DNA of 64,000 bases from Felis catus (GCF_018350175.1 NC_058368.1:222458001-222522000); one strand, 5' to 3'; positions 37,712 to 52,335 are shown, counted from the stretch's first letter. The notes: generated from the sequence alone by a model not told the origin. Program-made: numbers and translations.

Positions 37712-38350
37712 CGATAGAAACAGACATTTTTCCAAAGAAGACATCCAGATGGCTGGCAGACACATGAAAAAATACTCAACATCACTCATCATCAGGGAAA
37801 CACAAATCAAAACCACGATGAGATACCACCTCACACCTGTCAGAATGGTTAAAATTAACGCAAGAAACAATAAGTGTTGGGGAGGAAGACGAAAGGGGAG
37901 CCCTCTTACACTGTGGTGGGAATACTGTCTGGTGCAGCCACTCTAGAAAACACTATGGAAGTTCATCAAAAAGTTAAAAATAGAACTGCCCTACTACCCA
38001 GCAATTGTACTACTAGGCATTTACCCAAAGGATACAAAAATACTGATTTGCAGGGATACATGCACCTCACTGTTCATAGCAGCATTATCAGTAAATAGCA
38101 AAATTATGGAAAGAGCCCAAATGTCCATTGGCTGATGAATGGATACAGAAGATGTGGTATGCCTATAATGTAATATTCCTCAGCCATCAAAAGGAATGAA
38201 ATGGTGCCATTTACAATGACGTGCATGGAGCTAAAGTGTATTATGTTAAGTGAAATAAATTGGTCAGAAGAAAACAAATACCATATAATTTCATTCATCT
38301 GTAGAATTTAAGAAACATAACAGATGAACATATGGGAAAGAGAGGGGGCT

Positions 38351-38397
<47 letters not shown>

Positions 38398-38609
38398 AAA
38401 TAAGCCATAAAGACTTTACAAGAAAAGAAACTGAGGGTTGATGGAGGGAGGTCGGTGGGGGATGCATTAAATGAGTGATGGGCATTAAGGGGGTCACTTG
38501 TTGGGATGAGCATTGGGTGTTGTATGTAAGTGATGAATCACTAAGTTCTACTTGAGAAAACAATATTAAATTACATGTTAAATAATTAGAATATAAATAA
38601 AAAAATGAA
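37712..38609 (+). mobile_element. 5'-truncated carnivore L1 (ORF2 C-terminus, 3' UTR, A-tail)
   Basis: ORF 37749-37946 [42 protein letters not shown](C/A)CTTCCT; internal (GA)n at ~38353-38393. Confidence 0.96.
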
Positions 38610-38723
38610 AAAAAAATACTACTTCCTTCATTCTGTTATTTCCTTCTGAAACTGCTCCTGGGAAGAAGGAAAGATTTCTAAATCTTTATATTTTCCTCTC
38701 TTTTTCTCTTTTTAATATGTATT

Positions 38724-38910
38724 CTCAGTCGGTTAAGCATCCAACTTTGGGTCAGGTCATCATCTCCTGGTTCACGAGTTCAAGCCCCACGTTGGGCACT
38801 GTGCTGACAGCTCAGAGCCTGGAGCCTGCTTCAGAGTCCGTGTCTCCCTCTTGCTCTGCCCCTCCCGTTTGTGCTCTGTCTCTCAAAAATAAATAAAACA
38901 TTAAAAAAAT
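38724..38910 (+). mobile_element. 5'-truncated Can-SINE
   Basis: Begins at ctcagtcggttaagc; AATAAA and A-tail present. Confidence 0.93.
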
Positions 38911-39077
38911 TTAATGTATATTCTTATGTTATTAAGCTTTTAATAAAAATTCCTATGTTCAGTCTTTGAATCACTATTTTCATCCAAAACTGTCAGTTCA
39001 GCTGTTCAACCCATCCATTTCATTATTTTCCATTGAGATGATGAAATTTTTAAATTCCAAGATCACTAGAAAGATTT

Positions 39078-39134
39078 ATTTAAAAAAATAAGTTGATTTG
39101 TTTATTCTGAGAGAGAGAGCACAAGTGGGGGGGG

Positions 39135-39192
<58 letters not shown>

Positions 39193-39308
39193 CCCAAGCA
39201 GATTCCACACCACCAGTGCACAGCCTCATCTGGGGCTTGAACTCATGAAATGTGAGATTGTGACCTGAGCCATTAGTTGGTTGCTTAAGTGAGTCACCCA
39301 GGTCCCCC
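39078..39308 (-). mobile_element. Can-SINE with long (GA)n
   Basis: SINE head at 39285-39308 and (GA)n body. Confidence 0.92.
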
Positions 39309-39482
39309 ATCTCCAGAAGTATTTGTAATAAAGCTAATACCCTCTCAAAAATTTATTTTTTACTGTAATTAATTTATTAATTTATTTTTTGTAATTAACT
39401 CAGTCATTTACTACATCAATTGTTTAGTCTTTATCCTGCTTATTGATTCAAACATCCTGTTCAATGATGGTGGGTTCTCTGA

Positions 39483-39484
39483 TT

Positions 39485-39523
<39 letters not shown>

Positions 39524-39524
39524 T
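39483..39524. repeat. (TTTA)n microsatellite
   Basis: Directly visible. Confidence 0.95.
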
Positions 39525-41247
39525 TCATTCCATGTAAGGTCTGATTCTTTGCTATTGGTAGGAGAGGAGCAGATCTTGGTGTTGTTCTGCTAGTGTACCT
39601 GCAGGGTGCAAGACTTCCCTGTGCCCCTAGGACTCATGAACTTGCAGAGAGCAGCATGTCCTAGGCAGCCCGGTTATGGCGTGTTCTACTTTGGCCCGTG
39701 AGCACCCTGAGGGACACAAGCGGGAGAGAGAGATGGGATGACTGACACACTGGCCAGTTGCAATTCTGCTATTAGTTACCCTCTGACTACAGGGGCCTTC
39801 CGCCTCCCATCTAGAGTTGTTGCATCAGCTTAGATCTCTTCTGAATGACGCTGACTTCCATCATAGTTACCTCCTCCTTGGTTGGGAGGTCATTCTCTTT
39901 GTTTGTCTTGTCATTGCTTTGTTTTATTTTACATTCTCCTGTACCTGTAAAACCTTTTTCCCCCCTATTATTTATATTCCTTCAAACTCTAAGGAACTAT
40001 TTCTGACATTTTTTTTCTTTTTTTTTTTAATAAGCTTATGGATTTAGATTTTTTAAATGTTTGTTGCTTCGTGAAGTTAATGCAAATATGTTTTACCTTT
40101 GATCAGTCAGTAACGACTCAGTCTTTATTTGATGCATCTAATAGTAAAACCAGATCCTATTATGTAAACTGATTGGAGACCTTCTGTTTCCTTTAAGATG
40201 ATAATGAACTTTATTCTTTCACACTATGTTAATAGTACAACATGCCATTTTATGACTGTAGCTTAATTTATTCATCCAAATTCATAATGTGTTTAGTGGA
40301 AATGAATAACACTAGTTCAATCAACAAATACTTGAATAGGATTCGATTTTGTAGTTATTTGTCGTGTATGTAGAGTAAATTTGCACTATGGGAAGATCAT
40401 CACTCAATGTTTAATGTTAATCCATCTTCCTAACCTAAAGCGTTTTGCTTTCAAAACAATAATCTGTTCAATTGCAAACATACGGATACAAGAGGCACAA
40501 AAAAGATAATGTACAGCCATGATCAATAGCCTAACAATCTAAGACTAGTAGCTATTGAGCCCCTTGAGGACAGAAACAAACTATTACCTCATGGAAACTG
40601 TATTTGCCATAAATCATAGTCATTACTCAACATTTATTTGCTTTTACGTCACTGTTTTTTCGCCCATCTTTTATCTCCCCTTAAGATAATTCAAGAAAAA
40701 TGTTAGAAATAAATTTAATATAGCTCTTTGAGAAGAATATTTGATGTAATTGTGGCAATTTTCCCGATAGTTGCATAGTTTTAGTAAAATATCAAATACT
40801 ATATTCATGGTATCACAGGAGAAACAGAAAACAAAAGGCATGTTACTCAAATCTCGTTTGTAAGTACATACATCTATGTCTCTAACTACATACTTTGATA
40901 TGTAATTTATAATAAATTTAATAATTTGTGCAAGCATTTGTTCCAATATTTTTAACCTTCAGCAGAAAATTAATCTCCAAATTGTGCTCATTAATCATTT
41001 TCACTCATACCCCATGATTTTTACAATAACTATAAAATCATTTAGGTCTTGATATAATCTTATCATATTTGTATCTGGTGTTAGTTCTTACTGACCTGGA
41101 GGTCAGTATTTTCATAAAACCGACACCTTTGTTCTATTATTGGGACTACTGGGGCCTGCAACAAAGTTTACTTTCCAGATCTGAAAACAGGAATCCAGCA
41201 AGTTGTTTATTAGTTTTATGAGGTTACTACTGTTTTGAGAGTGTCTT

Positions 41248-41338
41248 GGGGTACCTGGCTGGCTCAATCAGACCATGAGACTCTTGATCTCAGGGTCATG
41301 AGTTCAAGCACTGTGTTTGGTGTAGGGAGTATTAAAAA
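41248..41338 (+). mobile_element. Old short Can-SINE
   Basis: ggggtacctggctggctca...ctcttgatctcagggtcatgagttcaagc. Confidence 0.85.
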
Positions 41339-42824
41339 TGTACATATTTATTAGAAACATTAGAAAACAATTAGAAACACTGGGTCCTGTTTACCGTCCT
41401 TGCAGCAACTTTCCCCCCTGATTTTTCTAGAACTAGACTTTGTTTTTGCTGATGTTGTTTTTCACTGCTCCTTGAAAACAATATGTTTAAGCTGCCAATG
41501 TGTTGTTTAAATCATATTTGTGAGAAAAAATAATATAGAATATGATATATTCAAGTTTTAGAAATTCTGTTTGTAAGTTCTGTCTGATATACTAGTATTA
41601 AGTTAATCTCTGTTATATGTAAATATTTTTAAATATACTTACACAAGTGTTCATTTCTTAGAAAAATATAATTTGACATATTAGCAAAATGTATTTTTTA
41701 CATACTACTTATTTTTACTTGGGTTATTCTGGAAATTACTACTATCGCCAGACTCAATCACAATCTCATTTTTGAAATAATGCTTCAGTGTCCCAACTTC
41801 CAAAAGGATCTCATTTATCATGTGTCTCTTGTAAACTTCAACCCCCTGGCTTGCTTCTGAATCCAACCACTAAGATACATTCTTGGTTTAAACAACTTAA
41901 CTATAAACCACAGTCTTGCTTTCATACAATATACTTCTCTGTAGACTTTTTCAGCTTAATTTTCCTAGGTTAGTTTTACTTCCCTCATTTCATTAAATAT
42001 ACTTTGGAAAATATCACTAGTGCTATCCTGATTTTCAAATCCAATGGGCACATTTGGTTCTTATCTGTCTTGGTCTTTATGAAATATTTAACACTGTTAA
42101 TCAAGGAGGCAGAAATCTCCCAGGGATGCTGAGAATGTCTCCTTTATCAAAAACAAAGGCCTTTGTGGTTCATCTAAAGGAAAGGCCCCTAAAAAGTTAT
42201 TACATGTAATTAGGAGGTATAGCTTCTCCTATTTTTCAGCTTTGCTTATCACCAATTCTGCTGCAATAGTATGGGGTCATCCAACAGTAAAATATATTTT
42301 AATATGCTAATTGATGTCACAGGAACTTCTCTAAATGCTGTGAATTCTCTCTGCTAGAGAAAACCCAATAAGAGTGATTTCTGATTTCAAAAATGGCCAT
42401 ATCTGTTTTTGGCAAAGCTGCTGGTAATACAGCTGTGAGCTCCAGGCTTCATGTGAATTATTTAACACCTAAAATCCCTTTGTGTTTTGTGACAGATAAA
42501 CTGAATACAATGTCTTTGTACCCATGTGGAGAGTAACAAAACACTAAGAAAAATAATGAAAATAGGATGTTTTATGAATGTTTTTGGAACACAGAGAGTA
42601 ATATAAATGTTAATTTTCTGCTTGCATTTGTGATTTGATTGCCTTTTTTAAAAAACTAATTCCTTTTTTACCTTCTATAACTTTTTTTTCCTCCTATGAC
42701 TTTTTAAATTGTTGGTTCAATAGATTACATAGATCAAGTCTATATGCATCTTAGATATTGTACCCAGGATATTGGAGATTTTACAGCACACTTTTCTCTT
42801 TCTTCTTGTCTGAAACTTTAAAAA

Positions 42825-43039
42825 AAATAATGTTTCAATTTATTTTTGAGAGAGTGAGAGATAGAGAGACAGACTACTAGCAGAGGAGGGGCAAAGAGAG
42901 GGAGACACAGAATCCAAAGCAGGATCCAGGCTCTGAGCTGTCAGCACAAAGCCCGACAAGGGGCTCAACCCCACAAACCATGAGATCATGACCTGAGCCG
43001 AAGTTGGATGCTTAACCCACTGAGCCACGCAGGCACCCC
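42825..43039 (-). mobile_element. Can-SINE
   Basis: Full body; degenerate TSD TCTG..AAACTTT. Confidence 0.95.
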
Positions 43040-44415
43040 TCTGTAAAACTTTTTAAATTAGGTAGGTAAAAAAGATATAAAGGATTATGCCTGATAGATA
43101 CTTGAAGAACAAATACATTGTTTATCATATTTTTTTCGGTGGTAAATGTAAATAGTATTTTATTTTCAAAATTCATTCTTGACTGACATGGGGTAAAAGC
43201 TATTTAGAATTCTTAGTGAGATTTCCTTCACTGTGGAGTTAAATGAATTAAAAGTTATTCAGGGCAGTTTCCCAGAAATGAGTAGTGAATAGCAAGTGCT
43301 TAATCTAGGAGAAATGTCATTAATGCTATTTTTTTCAGAATTATTAACCAAGAAGTTCTAAAAAAGAGGAAAATGTAAAGAATTACAGTCACTTATGGGG
43401 TAAATCTAAATGCTGCATGGAGAGATTTGATGTGGGAGGGGATAGAGAACAAGAGAAACTCATGTTGACATATTTGTTGAATGTATGTATGTGTAATGGA
43501 TAGTATTCCCTCATATATCAATTCTTTGGAGATTCCCAGATGCTCCATTTTTATTATTCATTATTATTTATTATTTTAAATTTTTATTAATCATATGCTA
43601 TTTTTCTTCATTGCACTTCTCATAATCTGGAAAATATTATCTTTTTGCTTATTTGTTCATTGCATATCTTGCTATTTTAATGGGTACTCATAGATACTAG
43701 GAATTTAGACTCATATATTACTCTATCCCACCACCTATAATGTATAGCACATAGAAAGCAACAAAGGAACATTTCCCGAATGGATGAGTGAAGTGAAGCA
43801 GTGAAAAATTTGGATAGAACTTTCACGTTTGCATTGGTCTTAGGAGTTGCAGAAGAAGCCACATTGTCTCTTGGTCTTCAAGATAGATATCAGTAAGCAT
43901 GAGCATTAAAGAAAATTGAAATCTCAAAACCAAAGCAGAAGCTTAATTAACTCTATGTAACCAAGAATATCAAGAGAAAAGTACAAATAACAAATGTATT
44001 TGAGGGGGTCTTTATTGCACACACACAAAAAAGGAATAATTCCACAACTAGTTGAGTGAACAGACCTACAAAGATAAATAGCCATAAATTCCAACTTAGA
44101 CAAATTTTAATTGTTAACCAAATGAGCCTACTTTGTTGGCATTTCTTAGATATTCTGTTTATTATGCAGAATACTGCTTGTCTATATGTTCTCTGAATAC
44201 CCATAAGTTACTCTATAGATATCAATGTTCAGACATATACTAGATGAATCAATCACACAGTAAAAGGAGTTAGTGAGATGGCTCAGAAAACATGCTAAGA
44301 TGTAGATGGGATCCAGAAACCAATTGTTAAGTAGACTTCCTTCCCCTAAAAACAATGGGAAGCCATTAAGTGATTTAATTTTAGAAATAATAAAGTATGG
44401 TTTATATATATTTTT

Positions 44416-44632
44416 AAAAAAATTTTTTTAACGTTTATTTATTTTTGAGACAGAGAGAGACAGAGCATGAACAGGGGAGGGGCAGAGAGAGAGGGAGACA
44501 CAGAATCTGAAACAGGCTCCAGGCTCTGAGCTGTCAGCACAGAGCCCGACACGGGGCTTGAACTCATGGACCGTGAGATCATGACCTGAGCCGAAGTCCA
44601 ACACTTAACCGACCAAGCCACCCAGGCGCCCC
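44416..44632 (-). mobile_element. Can-SINE, felid type
   Basis: Full body; TSD ATATATTTTT. Confidence 0.96.
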
Positions 44633-45524
44633 ATATATTTTTTTAATTTATATTAAAAATATTTTACATTCTGACCGAAGTATAGTAAAAAAATATTGGA
44701 AGTAGGCAGACAAAGAGTTTAAAGCATCACTAAAGTCATCCAATTTAGTGGTAATCATTGTCTGATGTAGAACTTTAGTGGTTGGTGTGGAATGTAAATT
44801 ATAGAATCCAAAGTTAGTTATCTAGGAGGTATAATTGACTAGAATTGGTAAGTGGATGGATGTTGGAAGAGATGACGATGCTTAAGATAGCAGTCAGTGC
44901 CATTTAATAAAGTGAAAGCCTCCATATGAGAGTTAAATTTAGTGAAGGAATGTGATAGAGTTTTAGTTTGGACCACTGAGTTTGACTTGCTTGGAGGATA
45001 ACCATTTGGAGCTGGCCCTCGGAAAAGAAGGAAAGAGGAAGGACAGAAAGAAGGAAGGCAAGTTATCTTTTAGGGTGAATATAGAAAATTTCATCACTGG
45101 TAATGATCATTTTATTTAGAAGCAAATCTTGAAATAAAAGGATGATATGTGATGACAGAGAAGAGAGAACGCTTTCTACTTAAAGTCTGGGTAACAAACC
45201 AAATAGAAAAAAAAAAGCAAAAGGATGAAACATGAGGAAATCAGTTACTAAACTGAAATAAGATCTATACTTGAAGGATCTTCATCTTTCTTAGTTTGAA
45301 AACTTAGCATAACAGTATTCAAGTGAACCTCATGTCACAAAACACTTCTGACGGTCAAAGGCAAGGTTAGTTGCACCTGCTTTAAAAATGTGAATAGCAA
45401 CTGTAAAAAACTTAGATTTTAATTAGCAGAAGGGGAAGAAACCACATTTTCCAAATATGTGTTCATATGTATATGTTACTTTTTGTTTTGAGAACATTAC
45501 TCAACAGCTCCCTCATCACCATAT

Positions 45525-45748
45525 ATAACATTTATATATTGCTAACACTGCTAGGCACAGATAATAATGTGGGTTCTTAACATTAAATCTCCTCATAAGA
45601 ACTTCAATAAACAGGCGAAATCATTATTTACCCTTTATAGATGAAGACAATGAGTCAACAAAGAGGTAGGTACACTATTGAAAGTTCTGGATCTTGATTC
45701 AAACCCAGTCTGGCACCAGGACCTGTGCTCTTAACTATTTTGCTATGC
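45525..45748 (-). mobile_element. MIR SINE
   Basis: ttttaccctttatagatgaagacaatgag...gattcaaacccagtctgg...tgctcttaac antisense core. Confidence 0.75.
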
Positions 45749-48700
45749 TCTCTGTATATAGATTATACTTTATACACTAATCTACAATTTGTAAGTCATT
45801 TCATTTTTGAAAGGCATGCTTAAATTCTCTCCGGTCTCTTGCTCACCTCCCAAATCCAGCCCCTTGTTGTATCCAAATATTTACAATTATGCACATTTTA
45901 ATGTAAGCCCATTCTGAACAAGAGGTCTGCTCTCTTATTAGGTTCACACTTTAACGATATCGAAGATTAACATCTCCAGAAGCATCCACCTACACCCTGC
46001 TATTAATTTACTGAACAAAAAATCATAGGCACCTGCAGGAGAAAGGAGGTTTAAGAAAAGTTTTATATATGGAGACTATATATATATATCTCACAGTCTC
46101 CATTATTCTGAGTTGAAGGATACCCACTGGAGTTATTTGTGTGCATCCTGGACCTGCTTCCAATGAAAAGCAGTTTAAGAAAGTAAGGAAGGTTATTATA
46201 ATTTAGTAGTTATGGAATTAGGGTTAAAATAAATTTAGGATTTTAATTTCATGAGTTTCATTATCTACTTTATAAACTTATGGTATGAAAAGTAGAGGAA
46301 TAACATATATGCAATGGTGTGAACAGAATACAATGACTTTAGTACAGAAACCATGAATAACTTATTTCTAACATTTTGTATTAAAATAGACAGGACCGAG
46401 AAGTTTCATTTCATAGATCATTTCCTCATATTTTACTGAACTTAAAATTGAGTTAGAATAGTTCACTCTGCTCCAGATTCACCTTGAAGACCATTCAAAG
46501 CTTCACGTACTATGTAATGCAAGGTCATGTCATATGATTTGAGGGGAGCCAGTCATTCAAATCCTTCTCTACTATTCAACTTGGCTAGTCTCCATTACTT
46601 TTCAGCGTTAATACCAACAGGGTTTGGGCAAGACTAAACCACACATTGGTCTAAAGACCCGGCCTGCTAAAGGATGTTCCTGGAAAAGATATTTATAATA
46701 TCTGTTTCATAATAAATTATCAGAAATGTGCTGAGAATTTTTTTTTTGTATTTCCACTGTTATTTTTACCTTATGGGGGGAACAAGTACAAATCAAAAGT
46801 CTCCAGAACAGTGGGTTAGGTGGGTGAGGATAGAAACTCTCATGGTCAAGGGAAAAGGGCATCTTTTCTCCCTTGATATCTTCATTCAAGATGGATGGGG
46901 CCACCCAGAGGTGACAATTCCGAGGAGCTACAGGGCTCTAAGGAGTATATGCTTTGCTATTTCCTTATTTATATAATGTTCTCGGTCCATTTACATATCA
47001 TTTTCTACAAAACAAAATGTGCTTGTAATGTTTTTGGTATCACTCTATTGTGCCATTTTGATAAATATGCATTTTGAAACATACACCTTTGTTTCTTCTG
47101 TAAGAAAGCATATACACATATGTTCTGCTATCAAAACTTACATTCAATATGTTTTAGTTCATTTTATGTCTTCAATTCACATACTCATTGGAAATTCGTC
47201 ACATAGAATATTTATTCCAAATAAGTTAAGAAACCCTGTTTTTTAGATGTGAGTATTGCATGGTAGAAAAAGTTCTGCAAATTGAGTAGCTTTGGGAATT
47301 TTCAAAATTTTAATGCTCTAAAATTAAGATTTAACTTGTTTAGTAGGTACTTTCATTAAATTACTTTTTTAAATTAAGGTAAATTAGATTTTTATTAGCA
47401 TATGAAAATAATAGAGGCATCACAATTTTAGTTTTTGAGTCATTGTAATATTAACAAACACCCTATTATGTTGTGAAAACTGCTATTACATTACTTAAAA
47501 ACGTAAGAACTGAGGTTGGACTCCTTTATGTGAATACAAGTGACAAAAAGCAAGCATCTCTATTAATTTTAACAAATGACTTTAAATATTTGTAATTCGT
47601 TCTATCCATGTATAAAATGGGAATAATATTAGCATATATTCAGAACATTGTCATAATGGTAAATCAAGACAAGTAAGATGTTTAACATGGTGATTTGGTG
47701 TTTATTGTGGTGATGAAAATACTACCAATATAATTATTAAAATTAGTAAAACTTGATGCCGACCTTTTTCTCTACTAGAACCAATCCTGTGCTTATTTCC
47801 TGTGTATATGGAGACAGATTGATTCCCATAATAAAATAAATATTCTAAGAAAGCATCCTGTCACAGGAATTAAGGATTCCAAGTTATAGGCTGATCTAGA
47901 AAAAATATTAATTTATGTGTGAGGCGTATATGTATTGAGGTGTGGGTGGCTCAAAGAAATCTCTTCTTGAAATGATGAGTATCTCCCTACTTTCTAGTCA
48001 ATGCAACCAATAAGTTGAGAATTTAGGGATAGAGAATAAAGTATATAAAGTCTTCAATTCTTTGGAAATATATTTGTTTAAGATTCACTGAAGTCACTTT
48101 AGTGCAGGGTATGTAGAAAATAAAATGTAGTCCAAGAATGCGCTTTTTAATCTTTTTCCACTAACATTAGATTAAATCATATAACTTTCTTTTTGCAGTA
48201 ACCAATTTCTAGATCTTGGCATATTGTCTGTTCTCTCTCCTCTATAAACTAAAAAGCCACTTTCGATCCTTTTGTTGTATCTTTATAAGCAATTCAAGGA
48301 AAATTTTTAACAGATTTTTCAAGCACTGGCAATTGGATATCTAAAATAACAAAATACATTTCATATTTTAGTAGAATTTGTGTCTATTGAGTATTTGTCT
48401 TTTTATCAAATGACATTAGCTACATTATAATCATTTTCAAAGAGAAATACTTGTATCTTCCTTTTTATTAAATGAGACTGATACAGATAAACTTCATTTA
48501 ACAAATGATAGCTAGAAGAAGGAGGAGGAGGAGGAGTAGAGAAGAAGAAATTAAATATGGATAAAACCTTTTCCTGAAAGCTTCAGAGAAACTGCATTTT
48601 CCAAATTTCAAAGGGGTTCTATTTTTCTTAATTTCCCTCTTGCTATTACGATAGCATTTGATTTAAGTAACTTAAATAATATATTAAGAGTTTGTTGCCA

Positions 48701-49734
48701 AGGACAGCTGGTTCTTATGGGTAATTAGGAAAAAAAATCCCCCAATTTAATAATAAAGTACCCTGCTATAATAAGGGGAAAACCTGTTCTATAAACTGTG
48801 GTAATTTGATTAGAGAAAATTGTACTTAACTTGGAAAAGTAAATGGACTATAAAGGGAAGAAGTAAAATTATAAAACAATTCCCATCTCTTTGGCAACAG
48901 CTCACTTTATTAAAATGTAAACATGCGTAAGAGTCTGAGTTTGTGTTAAAAATAGTCAACTGTCTTATACTTTCTTTCCTCTTCTATATGTAATTTCTTT
49001 CCCTTTTTTAATTTCCTGATTTTTCTAGGCTATTTGTTCTATATTTCTCCAACATTCACATTATGTATATTTCTAAAAACTTTAAGATTTTTGTTGATTT
49101 TCTCCACAGTGAGCACACATAAATACAAGTAAACTTGTATGAAATATGTCCTGCAGTATCATATTTAATATAAATTAAAATTAGGGATGGCCCAGTTACA
49201 ATCTTCTAATTTAGACCAACTCAACAGAATTTGACAGTTTCAGGTTAATTGGTGCTAGGAAAATATCCCTGGTAGATAATGCAGAATAAGATTTACATTA
49301 TCCTTGCCTTTATTGTACGATTTTGCACAGAATCAAATTTGTTTTATTATAAATAGTTGCAATGTTTTTTCACACATTTTGCTTGATAAAAACCCTTTAT
49401 ATAATAATCATATTTTAAAAGCCTAAATACTTCAGCACATTCCTTTTAACAGGGGTCATTGCCAAAAATAATGAATGTGTATATGGAGATTTCACGCTTC
49501 AATAACATTCTGAGAGGAGATTTGCTGGATACACTCGTAAAGAAAAAAAAAAAAAAAACAGATGTAAATTCTATCATAGAAGCGCAAGAAATATAAAGAA
49601 CAGTATTTCTACTTCATAATGATTTTACCAAGACAAGAAAATTACAATAGAAATGTGTGGCTCCACTTTTGGAGAAACCTCCTTGTCCCACTTTTAATAT
49701 ATTATAAATTGAGACAACTTGACTCTTGCCTCTT

Positions 49735-49950
49735 TTTTTTTTTTTTTCAACGTTTATTTATTTTTGGGACAGAGAGAGACAGAGCATGAACGGGGGAGGG
49801 GCAGAGAGAGAGGGAGACACAGAATCGGAAACAGGCTCCAGGCTCTGAGCCATCAGCCCAGAGCCTGATGCGGGGCTCGAACTCCCGGACCGCGAGATTG
49901 TGACCTGGCTGAAGTCGGACGCTTAACCGACTGCGCCGTCCAGGCGCCCC
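49735..49950 (-). mobile_element. Young felid Can-SINE (SINEC_Fc-like)
   Basis: CpG-rich; perfect 13-bp TSD ACTCTTGCCTCTT at 49722-49734 and 49952-49964. Confidence 0.98.
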
Positions 49951-50752
49951 TACTCTTGCCTCTTAAGATACAGTGATGTTCTATTGCCCATGTGGAATGA
50001 ACACATGGTCTTTTACACCTGATTATAACCCCCAAGGGTAATTATCTTTGTGTTTAATTGATCCATTAATAATAATATTCTTAATGATAACAATAACAAT
50101 ATTGTTGGCGACTTTTTTATAATTCTACTAAATCTAAAATGTGATTTAGAATGTGATCAAAACAATGAAATATTAGTAAAAATAGGTTATAATAATTAAG
50201 AAAATTATGATATGATTGGGGCTAGTAAAGGAGCACAATATAAGAAGATAAAGAAAGGATCTATACAAATACTACTACAGTAACAGATGAGTACCTTTTT
50301 TTAATCAACTTTCTCTATCTGTTTATTGCCACAATTCATTGCCAAAGTCCATTTCATCTTTGAAATGGTCCCACCTGACAATCTCCACCTTGTTCCTTCA
50401 TTTCTGAATGTTCCATTTCCTCACCATCAAAAAGCATTCAGAAATTAACACTTCATTTTTAGTTTTCCAGTTAACTTTGAATCAGTTCCATCAAGCATCA
50501 ATACAAATAGCTGGCCTAATAAGCCTAATAAGATTTGCTTTGTTTGCTTCTCTTTTTTTTTTCTTAATATTTACAGATTAAAGTGAATCAAATATCCTAC
50601 ATTAATTTAAATGAGAAAAAAAAGGGGGGGTAGAGAGACAGTTGAGCTTCTCCCTCCATGACAAATTAACTACTCAGCCATTGATTTTATGTATCAGAAG
50701 ATTTATCCTGGATCTTGATAATGCTACATGATTTTTTTTTGGTAATTGCTCT

Positions 50753-50790
50753 ATCATATCATATCATATCATATCATATCATATCATATA
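50753..50790. repeat. (ATATC)n microsatellite
   Basis: Directly visible. Confidence 0.93.
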
Positions 50791-51200
50791 ATTTCTTCCC
50801 TCATATCCAAATTATCTAAAAGTATTACTGATTTTATCATTGACTTTATTGGAATTCCATACAAAACTGAAGTCCTTTAGGGAAAAAAAAAAAAAAAGAT
50901 GCTCTTCTACACAAATAGACTATATAAATGCTTTGTTCCCACTGAGAAACAAGATAAACATTTCTGTTTACCGTACACTTTCAGTGCTGAAAATTCAAGT
51001 ATACCTTACATGTTCTTTTGCCAGAAAAGCATGGTTCATAAATTACATTTTATCTTGAGAAAATTGGTAAAAATTACCTTTATCTTCCACCATGACATTT
51101 TTAAGCACATAGAAAAACAGAACTATACTTAAGAGTTATATAATGTTTTCTTTATATGAATTGTTTTCAATATTCTATCTACATTACAGAAGGTGAAGTA

Positions 51201-51399
51201 TTTTTTTAAGTTTGTTCATTTGAGAGAGAGGGGGAGAGCAGGGGAGGAGCAGAGAGAGAGGGGGAGAGAGAAAATCCCAAGCAGGCTTTGCACTGTTGGT
51301 GCAGAACCTGATGTGGGGCTCAAACTCACCAACTGTGAGATCATGACCTGAGCTGAAATCAAGAGTCAGATGCTTAACTGACTGAGCCACCCAGACACC
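51201..51399 (-). mobile_element. Can-SINE
   Basis: Full body with the head at the right end. Confidence 0.94.
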
Positions 51400-51667
51400 T
51401 CAGGAAGACAAAGTATTAATTTATTTATGAAATGAAAATATTCTTAAAGGAAGGAATACAGAATGGAAAACTACTTTGGCTATGTCAAGTTTTATTCAAA
51501 AGATACATCCAAAAATTATTTAGTGAGACTCTTCAATGAAGAACATAGACTAAAATAACATTAATAAAAAAAAAAGTCAGGGCAGTTATGATGCAAAGTT
51601 TATAAAGCATAATTTCCAATAAAGATCGCATAAGCATTTCTAAAAAAAATGTATATTCCACGGGGGC

Positions 51668-52227
51668 TATGTAACCTGAATAATGGGTTCCCCAAAATGT
51701 CCATGTTTGAATCCCTGAAACTTGTGAATAACTCTTGTGGTAAAAGGGACTTCGTAGATATTATTGAGTTAAAGATCTTGAGATGGAGAGATTATCTTGG
51801 ATTATCCAGGTGGGCCTGATGTAATCACAAAGGTTCTTACTAAGAGAGAAGCAGGAGATCAGAGGAGGAAAATAAAGAAGGAAGAAAAAGCAGAAGGATG
51901 AAGGAGGAGGAGGAAGAGGAGAAGAAGGAGAGGAGAAGGGAGAGGAGGAAGGAGAAAGAAGATAGAAAAAAGAAGAAAGAAAGAAGCAGCAACAAACAGA
52001 ACCAGAGATTGAGTGACGTAATTTTGAGCCAAGCAATACAGGCAGCTTCTAAAAGATAAAAAAGGCAAGGCAATGGATTACTCTCTAAGTCTCCAAAAGG
52101 AATCCAGCCCAGGCAACATCTTGAATTTTGAATTCTAACTGCTAGAATTATAAGACAATAAGACTGTGTTGATTTAAGCCACTAAATTTAAGGGAATTTG
52201 TTATAGCAGCAATAGGAAAGTAATACA
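51668..52227 (+). mobile_element. MaLR solo LTR, MLT1D-like, with internal GA-rich expansion
   Basis: gatcttgagatggagagattatcttggattatccaggtgggcctgatgtaatcacaa core; end tttgttatagcagcaataggaaagtaataca. Confidence 0.9.
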
Positions 52228-52239
52228 AGGATAGCGATC

Positions 52240-52335
52240 ACATCTGACTTGTTTTCTATGGTTTTCCTGGCAGCAAGAACATTATGTGGAACATAGTAGG
52301 GTGTCAATACATATTTGTTGAATGAATTAATTTGC
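52240..52335 (+). mobile_element. LINE-2 3' terminus
   Basis: acatagtagggtgtcaatacatatttgttgaatgaat. Confidence 0.75.

Noticed and set aside
41351..41380. 10-bp tandem triplication TTAGAAACA; similar micro-duplications near 32100, 50513 and 57010
   Set aside because: Ordinary slippage duplications
51761..52073. Overlapping Ser/Leu/Phe-rich ORFs
   Set aside because: Antisense of a GA-rich expansion inside an MLT1 LTR
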